This document shows, piece by piece, positions 15,644 through 28,397 of a stretch of 64,000 nucleotides of DNA. This DNA is from the human T2T-CHM13v2.0 reference genome, Homo sapiens: NCBI RefSeq assembly GCF_009914755.1, contig NC_060931.1; one strand, given 5' to 3'. Positions within the stretch are counted from its first letter, which is position 1. Each line of letters starts with the position of its first letter. A program made the translations under genes and the position numbers. The notes under the pieces were generated by a model. It did no database searches and was not told the DNA's origin. It saw only the letters and a program-made list of their open reading frames with translations.

Positions 15644-16484
15644 CTAAAAGAGAAAATGACAGACCAATATCCCTGATGAACATAGAAGAAAAATCCTCAG
15701 CAAATACCAGCAAACACAATCCAGCAACACATCAAAAAGATAATACATCATGATCAAGTGGGATTTATCCTAGGGATGCAAGGATGGTTCAACACAAGCC
15801 AATCAATAAACATAATACATCACATCAACAGAATGATGGGCAAAAACCAAACAATCATCTCAATAAATTCAGAAAAAGCATTTGATAAATTCAGCATCCT
15901 TTCATGACAAAAACTCTCAACAAACTAGGCATAGAGGGAACATACCTCAACATAATAAGGGTCATATATGACTAACTCACAATTAACATCCTACTGAATG
16001 GAAAAAGCTGAAAGCCTTTCCTCAAAGAACTGGAACAAGACAAGGATGCCAAGTTTCATTATTTCCATTCAACACAGTACTGGAAGTCCTAGCTAGAGAA
16101 ATTAGGCAAAAGAAAGAAATATAAGGAATCCAATTGAAAAAGAGAAAGTCAAATGACCCCTCTCTGCAAAAGCTTCTGCACAGCAAAGGAAACAACAAAC
16201 AGAGGGAAGAGACAGCCTGTTGAATGGAAGAAATATTTGCAAACCATTCATCCAATAAGGGACTAATATCCAAAATATACAAGAAACTCAACAATAAAAA
16301 TACATAAAAAAACTACTAAAAAGTGGGCAAAGGCCATGAATAAACATTTCTCTAAAGAAGACCTACAAACGACAAACAGGTATATAAAAAAATTCTAAAC
16401 ATCACTAATCATCAGGGAAATGCAAACTAAAATAACGAGATATCATCTTACTCCAGTTAGAATGGCTATTACTAAAAAACCTGC

Positions 16485-17920
16485 GTTCAAACTATACTAC
16501 AGTATAGTTTGGCTACAGTAACCAAAACAGCATGGTACTGGTACCAAAACAGATATATAGACCAATGGAACAGAACAGAGGCCTCAGAAATAACACCACA
16601 CATCCACAACCATCTGATCTCTGACAAACCTGACAAAAGCAATGGGGAAAGGATTCCCTATTTAATAAATGGTGTTGGGAAAACTGGCTAGCCATATGTA
16701 GAAAACTGAAACTGGACCCCTTCCTTACACCTTATACAAAAGTTAACTCAAGATATATTAAAGACTTAAACATAAGACCTAAAACCATAAAAACCCTGGA
16801 AGAAAACCTATGCAATACCATTCAGGACATAGGCATGAGCAAAGACTTCATGACTAAAACACAAAAAGAAATGGCAACAAAAGCCAAAATTGACAAATGG
16901 GATCTAGTTAAACTAAAGAGCTTCTGCACAGCAAAAGAAACTATCATTAGAGTGAACAGGCAACCTACAGAATGGGAGAACATTTTTGCAATCCATGCAT
17001 CTGACAAAGGGCTAATATCCAGAATCTACAAGGAACTTAAACAAATTTACAAGAAAAAAACAACCTAATCAAAAAGCAGGTGAAGGATATGAACACACAC
17101 TTCTCAAAAGAAGACATTTATGTGGCCAACATGTGAAAAAAAGCTCATCATCCCTGGTCATTAGAGAAATGCGAATCCAAACCACAATGAGATACCATCT
17201 CACATCAGTTACAATGGTGATCATTAAAAAGTCAGGAAACAATAGATGCTGGAGAGGATGTGGAGAAATAGGAATGCTTTTATACTGTTGGTGGGAGTGT
17301 AAGTTAGTTCAACCATTGTGAAAGACAGTGTGGTGATTCCTCAAGGATCTAGAACCAGAAATACCATTTGACCCAGCAATCCCATTACTGGGTTTATACC
17401 CAAAGGATTATAAATCATTCTACTATAAAAGACACATGCACACGTATGTTATTGCGGCACTGTTCACAATAGCAAAGACTTGGAACCAACCCAAATGGCC
17501 ATCAATGATAGACTCAATAAAGAAAATGTGGCCCATATACGCCATGGAATACTATGCAGCCATAAAAAGGATGAGTTCATGTCCTTTGCAGGGACATAGA
17601 TGAAGCTGGAAACCATCATTCACAGCAAACTAACACAAGAACAGAAAACTAAACACTGCATGTTCTCACTCATAAGTGGGAGCTGAACAATGAGAACACA
17701 TGGACACAGGGAGTAGAACATCACACACCAGGGCCTGTTGGGGGCTGGGGGGCTAGAGATAGCATCAGGAGAAATACCTAATGGAGATGATGGGTTAATG
17801 GGTGCAGCAAACCACCATGGCACATGTGTACCTATGTAACAAACCTGCACGTTCTGCACATGTATCCCAGAACTTAAAGTATAATTAAAAAAAAAAACAA
17901 AAAACAAACAAAAAAAACAA
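16485..17920 (+). mobile_element. L1PA7-like, 5'-truncated, nested in the L1MA4
   Basis: ORF2 C-terminal remnants ([45 protein letters not shown]), L1PA7-type 3'UTR and A tail; host L1 resumes at ~17921. Confidence 0.88.
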
Positions 17921-18649
17921 AACAGATGCTGATGAGAATGCAGAGAAAAGTGAACTCTTAAACACTGTTGGTGCAAATATAAATTAGTACAGCTACTATG
18001 GAAAACAGTATAGAGATTTCTAAAAAAAACTAAAAATAGAACTACCGTACAATTCAGCAAGCTCACTACTTGGTATCTATCCAAAGGAAAGAAAGTCATT
18101 ATATCAAAGGGATACCTGCACCCCATGTTTATTGCAGCATTATTCACAATAGCCAAGATATAGAATCAATCTATTAATAAGAAAATGTGGTATATATACA
18201 CAATGGAATACCATTTAGCCATAAAAAAAGAGTAAAATCCTGTAATTTGCAACAACATGGATAGGACTGGAGGTCATCATGTTAAGTAAAATAAGCCAGG
18301 CACAGACATACAAATACCATATGCTATTCCTTGTATGTGGGAACTAAAGGTAGAGAGTAGAATGATAGATGTCAGAGGGTGGAAAGGAAGTATATGTGGA
18401 TGGGCGGGGGTTGGTTATGACCTATAGAAATAAGTTTTAATGTTCGATAGCAGAATAAGGTGATGATAGTTAACAAAAATGTATTGTATATTTCAAAATA
18501 GCTAGAAGAGAGGACTGGAAATGTTCCCAACACACAGTCATAAATATTTGAGGTGATGGATATCCTAAATACTCTGACTTTATCATTACACATTCTACAT
18601 ATGTAACAAAATATCACACGTACCTCACAAACGTGTAGAAATGCTATGT

Positions 18650-18957
18650 ATTATTATTATTTTTTTTTTATTTTTGAGACGGAGTCTTGCTTTGTCACCC
18701 AGGCTGGAGTACAGTGGCTCGATCTCAGCTCACTGCAACTTCTGCCTCCCGGGTTCTCAGGCAATTCTCCTGCCTCAGCCTCCCAAGTAGCTGGGACTAC
18801 AGGTGCGTGCCACCACACCCAGCTAATTTTTTGTACTCTTAGTAGAGACAGGGTTTCACTGTATTAGCCAGGGTGGTCTCAATCTCCTGACCTCATGATC
18901 TGCCCACCTCGGCCTCCCAAAGTGCTGGGATTACAGGCATGAGCCACTGCGCCTGGT
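18650..18957 (-). mobile_element. AluY/Sc8-type in the L1 tail
   Basis: Full dimer; ttagccagg.tggtctcaatctcctgacctcatgatc. Confidence 0.9.
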
Positions 18958-19066
18958 TTATTATTATTATTAATTAATAATAATAATTAATAATATTATT
19001 ATTTATTATTATTATTAATTAATAATAATTAATAATATTATTATTTATTATTATTATTATTTTAAA
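18957..19066. repeat. A/T-only duplicated palindromic tract
   Basis: ~110 bp without G or C; (TTA)n/(TAA)n blocks present about twice. Confidence 0.92.
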
Positions 19067-19934
19067 CAAAGGCCTCAGAACCAGGGGGCCAAAGGTGTAA
19101 ATCTCAGTCCAATGAGAACACTGATGACCCAGCTCAAGCAAGTATGTAGGAATAAAAAGGGGTAAATTCCTCCTTCCTCCACCTTTTTTTTTTCTCCTTT
19201 TGAGGGCCTCAAGACATTGAATGTTGCCCACCTTCATTGAGAAGGGCAATCTACTTTAGTGAGTCCACTGTTTCAAATGCTAATTTCATTTGGAACAACC
19301 TCACAGACACACTTGGAAATGCCGTTTAATTTGGAAACTCCATGGAGCAGTCCAGTTGACATGGTTACCATGCCAGTCCTCTTAACCTTTTTCAGAGAAT
19401 CAGCTTTCTTGGTAATCTGGACCCCTGGAAAAGTGTGTATATGTACCACATTTTTGTTGTACCCAGGGGATCCCTGAACTCATCTGTGAGCTGGTTAAAG
19501 CCTTGGACCCGCCCTCTTAGCAAACTGTCCACATCTTGTCCCCTGCACTCTGCACCACGACAATCAGGTGTCTTTCCTTGTGCACCTCTCCGCCTTATGG
19601 CGACATGAGGCACTTGCCACCTCTAAGGGTAAATCACTTGCTTTATTTAGTTCCTTCTCACAAATCAGATGGTGGACAATATAGAGCTAACATAAATAAA
19701 ATAATGAAATGAACACAACCCTAGACCCCAGAAAGATTATGAACAAACCTTACTGAGTGGGGAAAAAATCTGACACCACTAAAACTTTCTCCAGCCCTAC
19801 CAGCATTACTATGAAGTGTCTGATTGGTTTCAGGCTTTCACCAAAGTTGATACACACTATATTTTTTTTACCTGTAACTCAAGGGGACAAGTTTGGGATG
19901 TGGTCCTTTCATATTCATCCTATGCATACAGTGG

Positions 19935-20366
19935 TTCCAGGTTGGGTTCCCAGGAAAACAGATGCTGAGACGGAGGTTAGTGTGCAGGCTGTTTATTAGG
20001 GAGTCACACTTTGGAAATTAACACCTGTGGAAACAAGGGGTAGAACAAGTGTGGGCACAGGGAGATGTTAAGCTGTGAGGCAGGCCTGAGGACAGCCTCT
20101 GCCAATCCTCCAGCTTGCAGTAGAGCTAAGATGGCCCTTCAGAGTTGGCCTGCATTGGGAGGAATTGGCTGTGTCCTTATACTTCCTATCTCCGTCAATC
20201 ACTGGGTGTTGGCGTCCCAGGAAATACTTGACTTTTGACCAGGTGGCCCCCTGCAGCTGGAGCAATCCCTGAAGCAATCTACAGCAAAAGACTATCTGCT
20301 GACATCATTCTTCCAGCAGCGGGGCCACAATCCCTTTTAGAAGGGTGCTTCTCCATGTCCATCACA
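19935..20366 (-). mobile_element. LTR16A-like ERVL solo LTR
   Basis: gggttccc.ggaaaacaga..tgagacggag, tttattagggag, gatggcccttcagagttg, terminal tccatcaca. Confidence 0.75.
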
Positions 20367-20460
20367 CAAGCTGATCCACTTTAAGTAAGCTTCAATTCAC
20401 ACTAGTTTGGTTGGTTTTAAATGGAGTCTGTTTCAGAAAAGCAGGATTTCTACTCTCAGA

Positions 20461-21050
20461 ACTAATTCATTCAAATAATATTCATAAAATGCCTATGATG
20501 TGCCAGTTACTGTTTTAGGTGATGATGATATGGTGCTGAAAAGACTCTACCCTCAGTCTAGTGGAGGACTTAGAAAATAAAAAGATAAGGCAATAAATAA
20601 CATAATTTCAGATAATGACAAGTGCCTTGAAGAAATTAAAGCAGGGTGAGAAAATAAAAAATGACTGGGTAGGGGTGAAGGAGGTGCTAGCTTAGGTTAG
20701 TGGTCAGGGAAGGTGACATTTGAGTAGAGACTTGATTGAAAGGTAAGGCAAGTCCTGTGAAACTCTGGGGCTAAGAGTGTTTCATGCAGAGAAAAGGAAA
20801 TGTAAAGACCTCGAGCACAACTGAGCTTTGCACATTTAGGGGGCAGCAAGGCCAGCTAGGGGGAGTGATAGAGAAGGGGTAGGGTCAGAGAATCAAGGCC
20901 TATGGGGCCAGGGGGCCTGAAAAGGAATGGAGATTCATTTTAAATATAATTGAAAATCCCTGGAGAGCTTTCAACAGCATAGAGACAAAACCTACTTTAC
21001 ATTTTAAAACTGTCTGTGGAGAATGGGCAAGAGGATGTGTGGAAATAAAG
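20461..21050 (-). mobile_element. L2 3' portion
   Basis: attcattca..tgcctatgatgtgccag..ggtcagggaaggtgacatttgag. Confidence 0.75.
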
Positions 21051-21155
21051 ATAATGGATTCAACATTTTTTATTGTAGTAAAATATGCGTAACATTGAAT
21101 TTACTATTTTAAAGTTTTTTGAGTGTACAATTCAGTACATTCACACTTGTGCAAC

Positions 21156-21244
21156 TGAAACCGACCCAATAGTCCCACAGAGGGTTCTTTTGGATAAACG
21201 TAGAAATTGACCCCTCTGGTCTTACAGCTTGAAACTCACAACTG

Positions 21245-21276
<32 letters not shown>

Positions 21277-21920
21277 GTTTTTGAGACAGAGTCTCGCTCT
21301 ATCACCCAGGATGGAGTACAGTGGCGCAATCTCGGCTCACTGCAAACTCTACCTCCTGGGTTCACGCATTCTCCTGCCTCAGCCTCCCGAGTGGCTGGGA
21401 CTATAGGCGCCCGCCACAACGCGTCGCTAATTTTCTTTTTTGTATTTTTAGTAGAGGCGGGGTTTCACAGTGTTAGCCAGGATAGTCTAGATCTCCTGAC
21501 CTCGTGATCCGCCCGCCTCAGCCTCCCAAAGTGCTGGGATTATAGGCGTGAGCCACCGCGCCTGGCCAACCCACAATTGTTTTATCTGAATTCTTTCCTC
21601 AGGAAATAACCCCCAGGCCTCTCAAAAAGTATCAAAGAACTGAAACTCACCAGATTACTGCATCCAGAGCCAGGCCTCTCATATTGTTTTCCTACTCTTC
21701 CCTAGTTCCGGTTCCCTCACACATTGTTACATTTCTTGCCTGCTATATAAACCCCTAATTTTAATCAGTCAGGGAGATGGATTTGAGACTGAGCTCCCAT
21801 TTCCTTGGCTGCATCACCCGATTAAATCCCTCTTCCTTTGCAATACTCGTCATCTCAGTCATTGGCCTTCTGTGCAGTGAGCAGCAGGCACTAGACTGAA
21901 GCCTTGTTGTTTCAGGAACA
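21156..21920 (+). mobile_element. MER66-like ERV1 (MER4-group) solo LTR
   Basis: TG..CA ends (tgaaaccgacccaatagtccc..aggaaca), TATA tatataaa, attaaa signal, 4-bp TSD caac. Confidence 0.8.
21245..21567 (-). mobile_element. AluY inside the MER66-like LTR
   Basis: AluY sites; TSD aacYcacaaYtgttt. Confidence 0.92.
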
Positions 21921-24112
21921 CAACCATCACCACTATCCATCTCCAGAAATTTTCCATCAGTCAAACAGAAGCTCTGTACCTATTAAACAATAGCTCTTCA
22001 TTTCCCTCTCCCTCCAGCCCCTGGTAACCATTATTCTATTCTTTCTATATGAATTTGACTATTCTAGGTATCTAAGTGGAAGTACACAGTATTTGTCCTT
22101 CTCTGTCTGGCTTATTTCACTTAGTGTAATGTTTTCAAGGTTCATCCATGTTATAGCATGTATCAGAATTTTATTCATTTTTGAAATTGAATATTTTATT
22201 CCATGTTCATACCACATTTGTTCATCCAACCATCAGTGAAAGTTTAGGTTGCCACAGCTTCCACTAATCACTACACCCTACAAAATGAACTTCATTGTAT
22301 ATTATGTTCATTGTCAATGAAAATAGATAAAAATCCATACATTGTCTTCTTGCTTATTTTGAATTTTGGTGGTCTGTTTTCTTATAACATCAGCTTATCA
22401 TAATTCATCTCAGGTTGATAAAGATTTTGCACTAGGAGGAGAAGCTCTACATAAAAGTCTTTTCGTTGTTGTCCAAGGAAAAACTTGCTATTTTTTTGTT
22501 AGTATTATCTTCAAAATGTACTTTACAGGAATGTTTTTAATTCACTTGCCTAGTTTGTGAGAATTAAATTAGTTAAAATTACAAATATAATTTCTACATC
22601 CACTTAATTATTGCACAACAATTCTACAAGCCCACTGCCCTTGATAGAATATTATTTTCCATGTTGGCAGGAATGAGGAGGTGTCCCAGTGACACAGAAT
22701 GAGGTCTGGCACATAGGAGATGCTCAGTGAGTATTTGTTGACTGTAAAGTTTAATAACATGCAGGAGGGTACCATCTACTTGTGGTATCGTGGGGAACCT
22801 CAGCATATCTCGTGACAAATGATCATAGGACATGTGGTCAGAATGAGAATCCCAGTGTCAGTCAGTACATTAATGTGTTGGGGATAATTTCTTATTTTTT
22901 TAGATTAAAAGAAAATGTAAATGGAAATTTTAATACTTTCTTCCTATATTCCAATGGATCATCTTGTACTGTGTATCCTTCTTGAAAACTGGTGATTTTT
23001 GACTTCAGAGGAAAATTATACTTTACTGAATCGACTTTATTTTTCTCAATTTATTTTCAATTATCTGTTTCAGGGAAATGTTGACTTAGCTTAGGTCTCT
23101 ATTGTGAGATGTAAATTGTGTGAAATCCTATTACATTTTGTTTATTAGTGATTCTATTTAATGAAGGCAGAACATCTTATTAAACATGACTAAATGATTA
23201 TCTTTGATAACAGAATTGAACTTAGGCCATAAATGAGTCAATAAATTAATTGCTTGTCCCCACTGGTATTCAAAGAGATGCATCGGATCTCTACGTAAGC
23301 TAGAAATGCTTATGGGCCTGTCGGCCAGTAGCGTACCAAAATACTGTGTCTAGGCTGTGAGACATGGTTTAATGACCACTTCCAGAGGGTAGCTGCTGGC
23401 ATTTTCTCCAATGTTCTCTCAGCTGCTGCTGCTTTTATTCAGCTGTGACAGACAATAAAGAACCTTCCAGGACCTACTGCAGCCACGGCCCCAATTATGG
23501 CTCAGATGTCATCCGAGGTAAGAAAAGACAATGTGACCACAAGCTTCCATGAGATCAGTATGCATTTCAATACAAGTGCTCTACAGAGATCCTTCCTTCA
23601 AAGAAACAGCTAGAAAAGCTCCAAGTCCTTGATGCTACCGCTAATAAATATAAATTCTCTATATTTTTCCCTTTGTTAAATTATGTATATTTAATTTGAA
23701 TAATCAAGACACTTAATTCTGAGAAAACAAGCGGCCTATTTGTGTCAACCCATTACTTCTAGCTTTATTTCTCTACACATAAAATACAAAGGGCTCCTGA
23801 CTCTTGTGATTGCTACAGTGAATAGAAGGCTTGGTTTCTTGATGTGGAAGCTACCACACTAGCCTGCCACATGAAATTAGAGCAAGTTAGAGCACTTGTG
23901 CATTTCAGTTTACTTATTTGTTGAGCCTAATTATGCTAGATTACTTAGAGAACTGATTGGTCTTTGATCCAATTGAGAAAGGATCCCTCCAAAGCAAACT
24001 GTGGCAACATTTGTTTATATCCTGGCAATGTTTTTGAAAAGAGGCCCTTTTAAAGAGACAAGCAAATGTGAAATACAGCATACTTTGTTTTATTTATTGT
24101 TTTATTCACTTT

Positions 24113-24252
24113 CTTTTCTTTTTTGTCTATTTTGTAGAAACAGAGTGTCACTATGTTGCCCAGGCTGGTCTCAAACTCCTGGGCCCAAGCGATCCTCCTG
24201 CCTTGGCCTCCCAAAGTGTTCTGATTACAGGTGTGAGCCGCTGCATCCAGCC
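24113..24252 (-). mobile_element. FLAM_C-like Alu monomer
   Basis: Monomer with gttgcccaggctggtctcaaactcctggg; 15-bp TSD tgttttattcacttt. Confidence 0.85.
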
Positions 24253-24349
24253 CCTGTTTTATTCACTTTATTGTGCTTTGCAGATACTATGTATTTTACA
24301 AACTGAAGGTTGTGGCAACCCTGGATAGAGCAAGCCTATTGGCATCATT

Positions 24350-24625
24350 TCTCTCTCTCTTTTTTTTGAGACAGAGTCTCACTCTGTCATCCAGGCTAGA
24401 GTGTGGTGGTATGATCTTAGGTTCAAGTGATTCTCATGCCTCAACCTGCTGAGTAGCTGGGATTACAGGTGCATGCCACCATGCCTGGCTAAATTTTGTA
24501 TTTTTAGTAGAGACAGGGTTTTGCCATGTTGGCCAGGCTGGCGTCGAACTCCTGGCCTCAAGTGATTCACCTGTCTTGGCCTCCCAAAGTGTTGGGATTA
24601 CAGGTGTCAGCCACTGTGCCTGGCC
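24350..24625 (-). mobile_element. AluSz/Sx-type with a small deletion
   Basis: Dimer; degenerate TSD tattRgcaKcattt. Confidence 0.88.
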
Positions 24626-25063
24626 TATTAGCAGCATTTTTCTAATAGTGTGTACTCACTTCACATCTCTGTGTCACATTTTGTTAATCTTCATAATATT
24701 TCAAACTTTTTTTTATTGTTATGGTGATCTGTGATCAGCAATCTTTGATGTTACTATTATAATTGTATTAGGGCATGGTGAACTGCAACCATATTAGACA
24801 ATGAACTTAACTGATAAATATTATGTGTGTTCTGACTGTTACACCAACTGGTCATTCCTCCAGCTCTCTCTCTCCGTGGGCCTCCCTATTTCCTGAGACA
24901 ACAATATTGAAATTAGGGCAGTTAACAACCTTACAATGGCCTCCACATGTTCAACTGAAAGGAAGAGTTGCACTTCTCTCACTTTAAGTCAAAAACTAGA
25001 AATTATTAAATTTAGCGAGAAAGATATGTCAAAAGCCAAGGCTGACTGAAAGCTAGGCCTCTT

Positions 25064-25378
25064 TTTTTTTTTTTTTTTTTTTGAGACGGAGTCTCACTCT
25101 GTCGGCTAGCTGGAGTGCAGTGGTGCCATCTCAGATCGCTGCCATCTTGGCTCGCTGCAAGCTCCACCTCCCAGGTTCACACCATTCTCCTGCCTCAGCC
25201 TCCCAAGTAGCTGGGACTACAGGCGCCCGCCACCACACCCGGCTAATTTTTTGTATTTTTAGTAGAGATGGGGTTTCATCTTGTTAGCCAGGATGGTCTC
25301 GATCTCCTGACCTCATGACCCGCCCGCCTCGGCCTCCCAAAGTGCTGGGATTACAGGCGTGAGCCACCACGCCCAGCC
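25064..25378 (-). mobile_element. AluY in the Tigger1 ORF
   Basis: AluY sites; 15-bp TSD aaagctaggcctctt. Confidence 0.93.
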
Positions 25379-25799
25379 AAAGCTAGGCCTCTTGTGCCAA
25401 ATAGCCAAGTTGTGAATGCAAAGGAAAAGTTCTTGAAGAAAATTAAAAATGCTATTCTAGTGTACACACAAATGATAAGAAAGAAAAAATAGCCTTATTG
25501 TTGCTATGGAGAAAGTTTCAGTGGTCTAGGTGGAAGATCAAACCAATCACAACATTCCTTTAAACAAAAGCCTAATCCAAAGCAAGGCACTAACTCTCTT
25601 CAATTCTATAAAGTCTGAGAGAAGTGAAGAATCTACAGAAGAAAATTTTATAGCTAGCAGAAGTTGGTTCATAAGGTTAAAGAAATGAAGCCATTTCCAT
25701 AATATACAATGCAAAGTGAAGCATCAAATGCTGATGTAGGAGCTGCAGCAAGTTATCCAGAAGCTCTAGCTTAGATTATTAATGAAAGTGGCTACATTA

Positions 25800-26162
25800 C
25801 ATATGCACTACGGAATACACTGAAGCCACAAAAAGAACAAGACCACGTCCTTTGCAGGGACACAGATGGAGCTGGGAGGCCGTTATCCTTAGCAAACTAA
25901 CACAGGGACAGAAAAGCAAATACCTCATCTCACTTATAAGTGGGAGCTGAATTATGAGAACACATGGACACATAGAGGGGAACAAAACACACTAGGGCCT
26001 ATCAGAGGGTGGAGGGTGGGAGGAGGAAGAGAATCAGGAAAAATAACTAATGGTAATAGCCTTATACCTGGCTGATGAAATAATCTGTACAACAAATCTC
26101 CTTGACACAAGTTTACCTATGTATCAAACCTGTACTTGTACGTCTGAACTTAAATAAAAGTT
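25800..26162 (+). mobile_element. L1PA12/13-like 3' fragment in Tigger1
   Basis: cacttataagtgggagct..cacatagaggggaac..tcaggaaaaataactaatgg; TSD gtRgctacatta. Confidence 0.85.
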
Positions 26163-26997
26163 GTAGCTACATTAACAAGAGATTTTTAATGTAGATGAAA
26201 CAGCTTTCTGCTGGGAGAAGATGCCATCTAGTACTTTCATAGCTAGAGAGAAGTCAATGCCTAGTTTCAAAGCTTCAAACGACAGACCCACTCTCTCGTT
26301 AGGGGCTATTGCAGTTAGGGACTTTAAGTTGAAGCCATGCTCATTGATCATTCTGCAAATCCTAGGGCCCTTGAGAATTATGATAAATCTACTCTGCTTG
26401 TGTTCTATAAATGGAATAACAAATCCTGGATGACAGCACATCTGTTTACAGAACGGTTAACTGAATATTTTAAGCCCACTGTTGAGACCTAATGCTCAGA
26501 AAAAAACGATTTCCATTCACTGCTCACCCAAGAACATGTTCACCCAGGAACTCTGATGGAGATGTACAAGGAGATTAATGTTGTTTTATGCCAGCTAATA
26601 TAACATCCATTCTGCAATCCATGGATCAAGAAGTAATTTCAATTTACAAGTCTTATTTAAGAAACAAATTTCATAAGGCTATAGCTGTAATAGATAGCAA
26701 TTCCTCTTGTGGATCTGGGCAAAGTAAATTGAAAATCTGTAAAGGATTCGCTAGTCTAGATGACATTAGAATATTTGTGATTCATGGAAGGAGGTCAAAT
26801 ATTAATATTAACAGGAGTTTAGAATAAGTTGATTCCAACCTTCATGAATGACTTTGAGAGGTTCAAGACTTTAGCCAAGAAAGAAATTGCAGATATGGTG
26901 AAAATGACAAAAGAACTAGAATTAGAAGTGGAGCCTAAAGATCTGACTGAACTACTGCAATCTCATGATCAAACTTGAATGCATATGAAGTTGCTGG

Positions 26998-27297
<300 letters not shown>

Positions 27298-27461
27298 CGA
27301 AGACTTATTATTATCCCATCAGCCTTTCTCTCATGGAATTTGGCCTCAAAAATTAAGTAAACATTTAAGTCAAAAGGAGAGTGAGAATATTGCCTTCTAG
27401 CCTTTCATATAAGATTTGCTGGTATTTAATGAGGCCTGATTCTGCCTGGCACTGTGCCAAT

Positions 27462-27600
27462 GCCCTTATTTACTGGTGAGAAAACTGAAGTTCAGAGATG
27501 TAAAGTTATATGGTCTAGCTCACATAGCTTCTGTGTGGTGAAGCTGGGGTTCCAACTCAGGTCTAATTCCATTAGAGTCTTGCGTCTTTCCTGCCTACTC
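27462..27600 (-). mobile_element. MIR
   Basis: gagaaaactgaagttcagaga..cacatagct..gctgggg..actcaggtct. Confidence 0.6.
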
Positions 27601-27712
27601 ATATGTACCAAGACTCAGCTAGTACAGGAGTTGGGCAAGGTACTGAGACTACAAGGGGGAATGGGTGGTGAGTCTACTTTCTGGGTATAGTCAAATTCAT
27701 TTTCATACCTGA

Positions 27713-28290
<578 letters not shown>

Positions 28291-28346
28291 TAAAGACTTA
28301 CCTCTCAGACATTTTACTATTTTTTCTCTAAAATTTATCTGTTTCT

Positions 28347-28352
<6 letters not shown>

Positions 28353-28396
<44 letters not shown>
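28353..28396. repeat. (CA)22 microsatellite
   Basis: Direct count. Confidence 0.97.

Positions 28397-28397
<1 letters not shown>

Larger units (their letters stand above)
21062..22255 (-). mobile_element. L1MB 3' end interrupted by an LTR
   Basis: tattgtagtaaaatat..gtgtacaattcagt..gtgcaac|caaccatcaccactatc..ggttcatccatgtt. Confidence 0.75.
24076..26995 (+). mobile_element. Tigger1 (TcMar) DNA transposon fossil with a dead transposase and no right end
   Basis: TA|cagcatac left end; ATG at 24936 (MASTCSTERKS..); DDE-region remnant [32 protein letters not shown]; many stops and frameshifts. Confidence 0.92.

Noticed and set aside
16509-17321. ORF2p-like peptides as an active L1 or retrogene
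   Set aside because: 5'-truncated L1PA7 fragment broken by frameshifts and stops, with no EN or RT core.
24936-26995. Tigger1 transposase as a domesticated TIGD-like gene
   Set aside because: Early stop after ~37 codons, Alu and L1 insertions in the ORF, frameshifts, missing 3' end.
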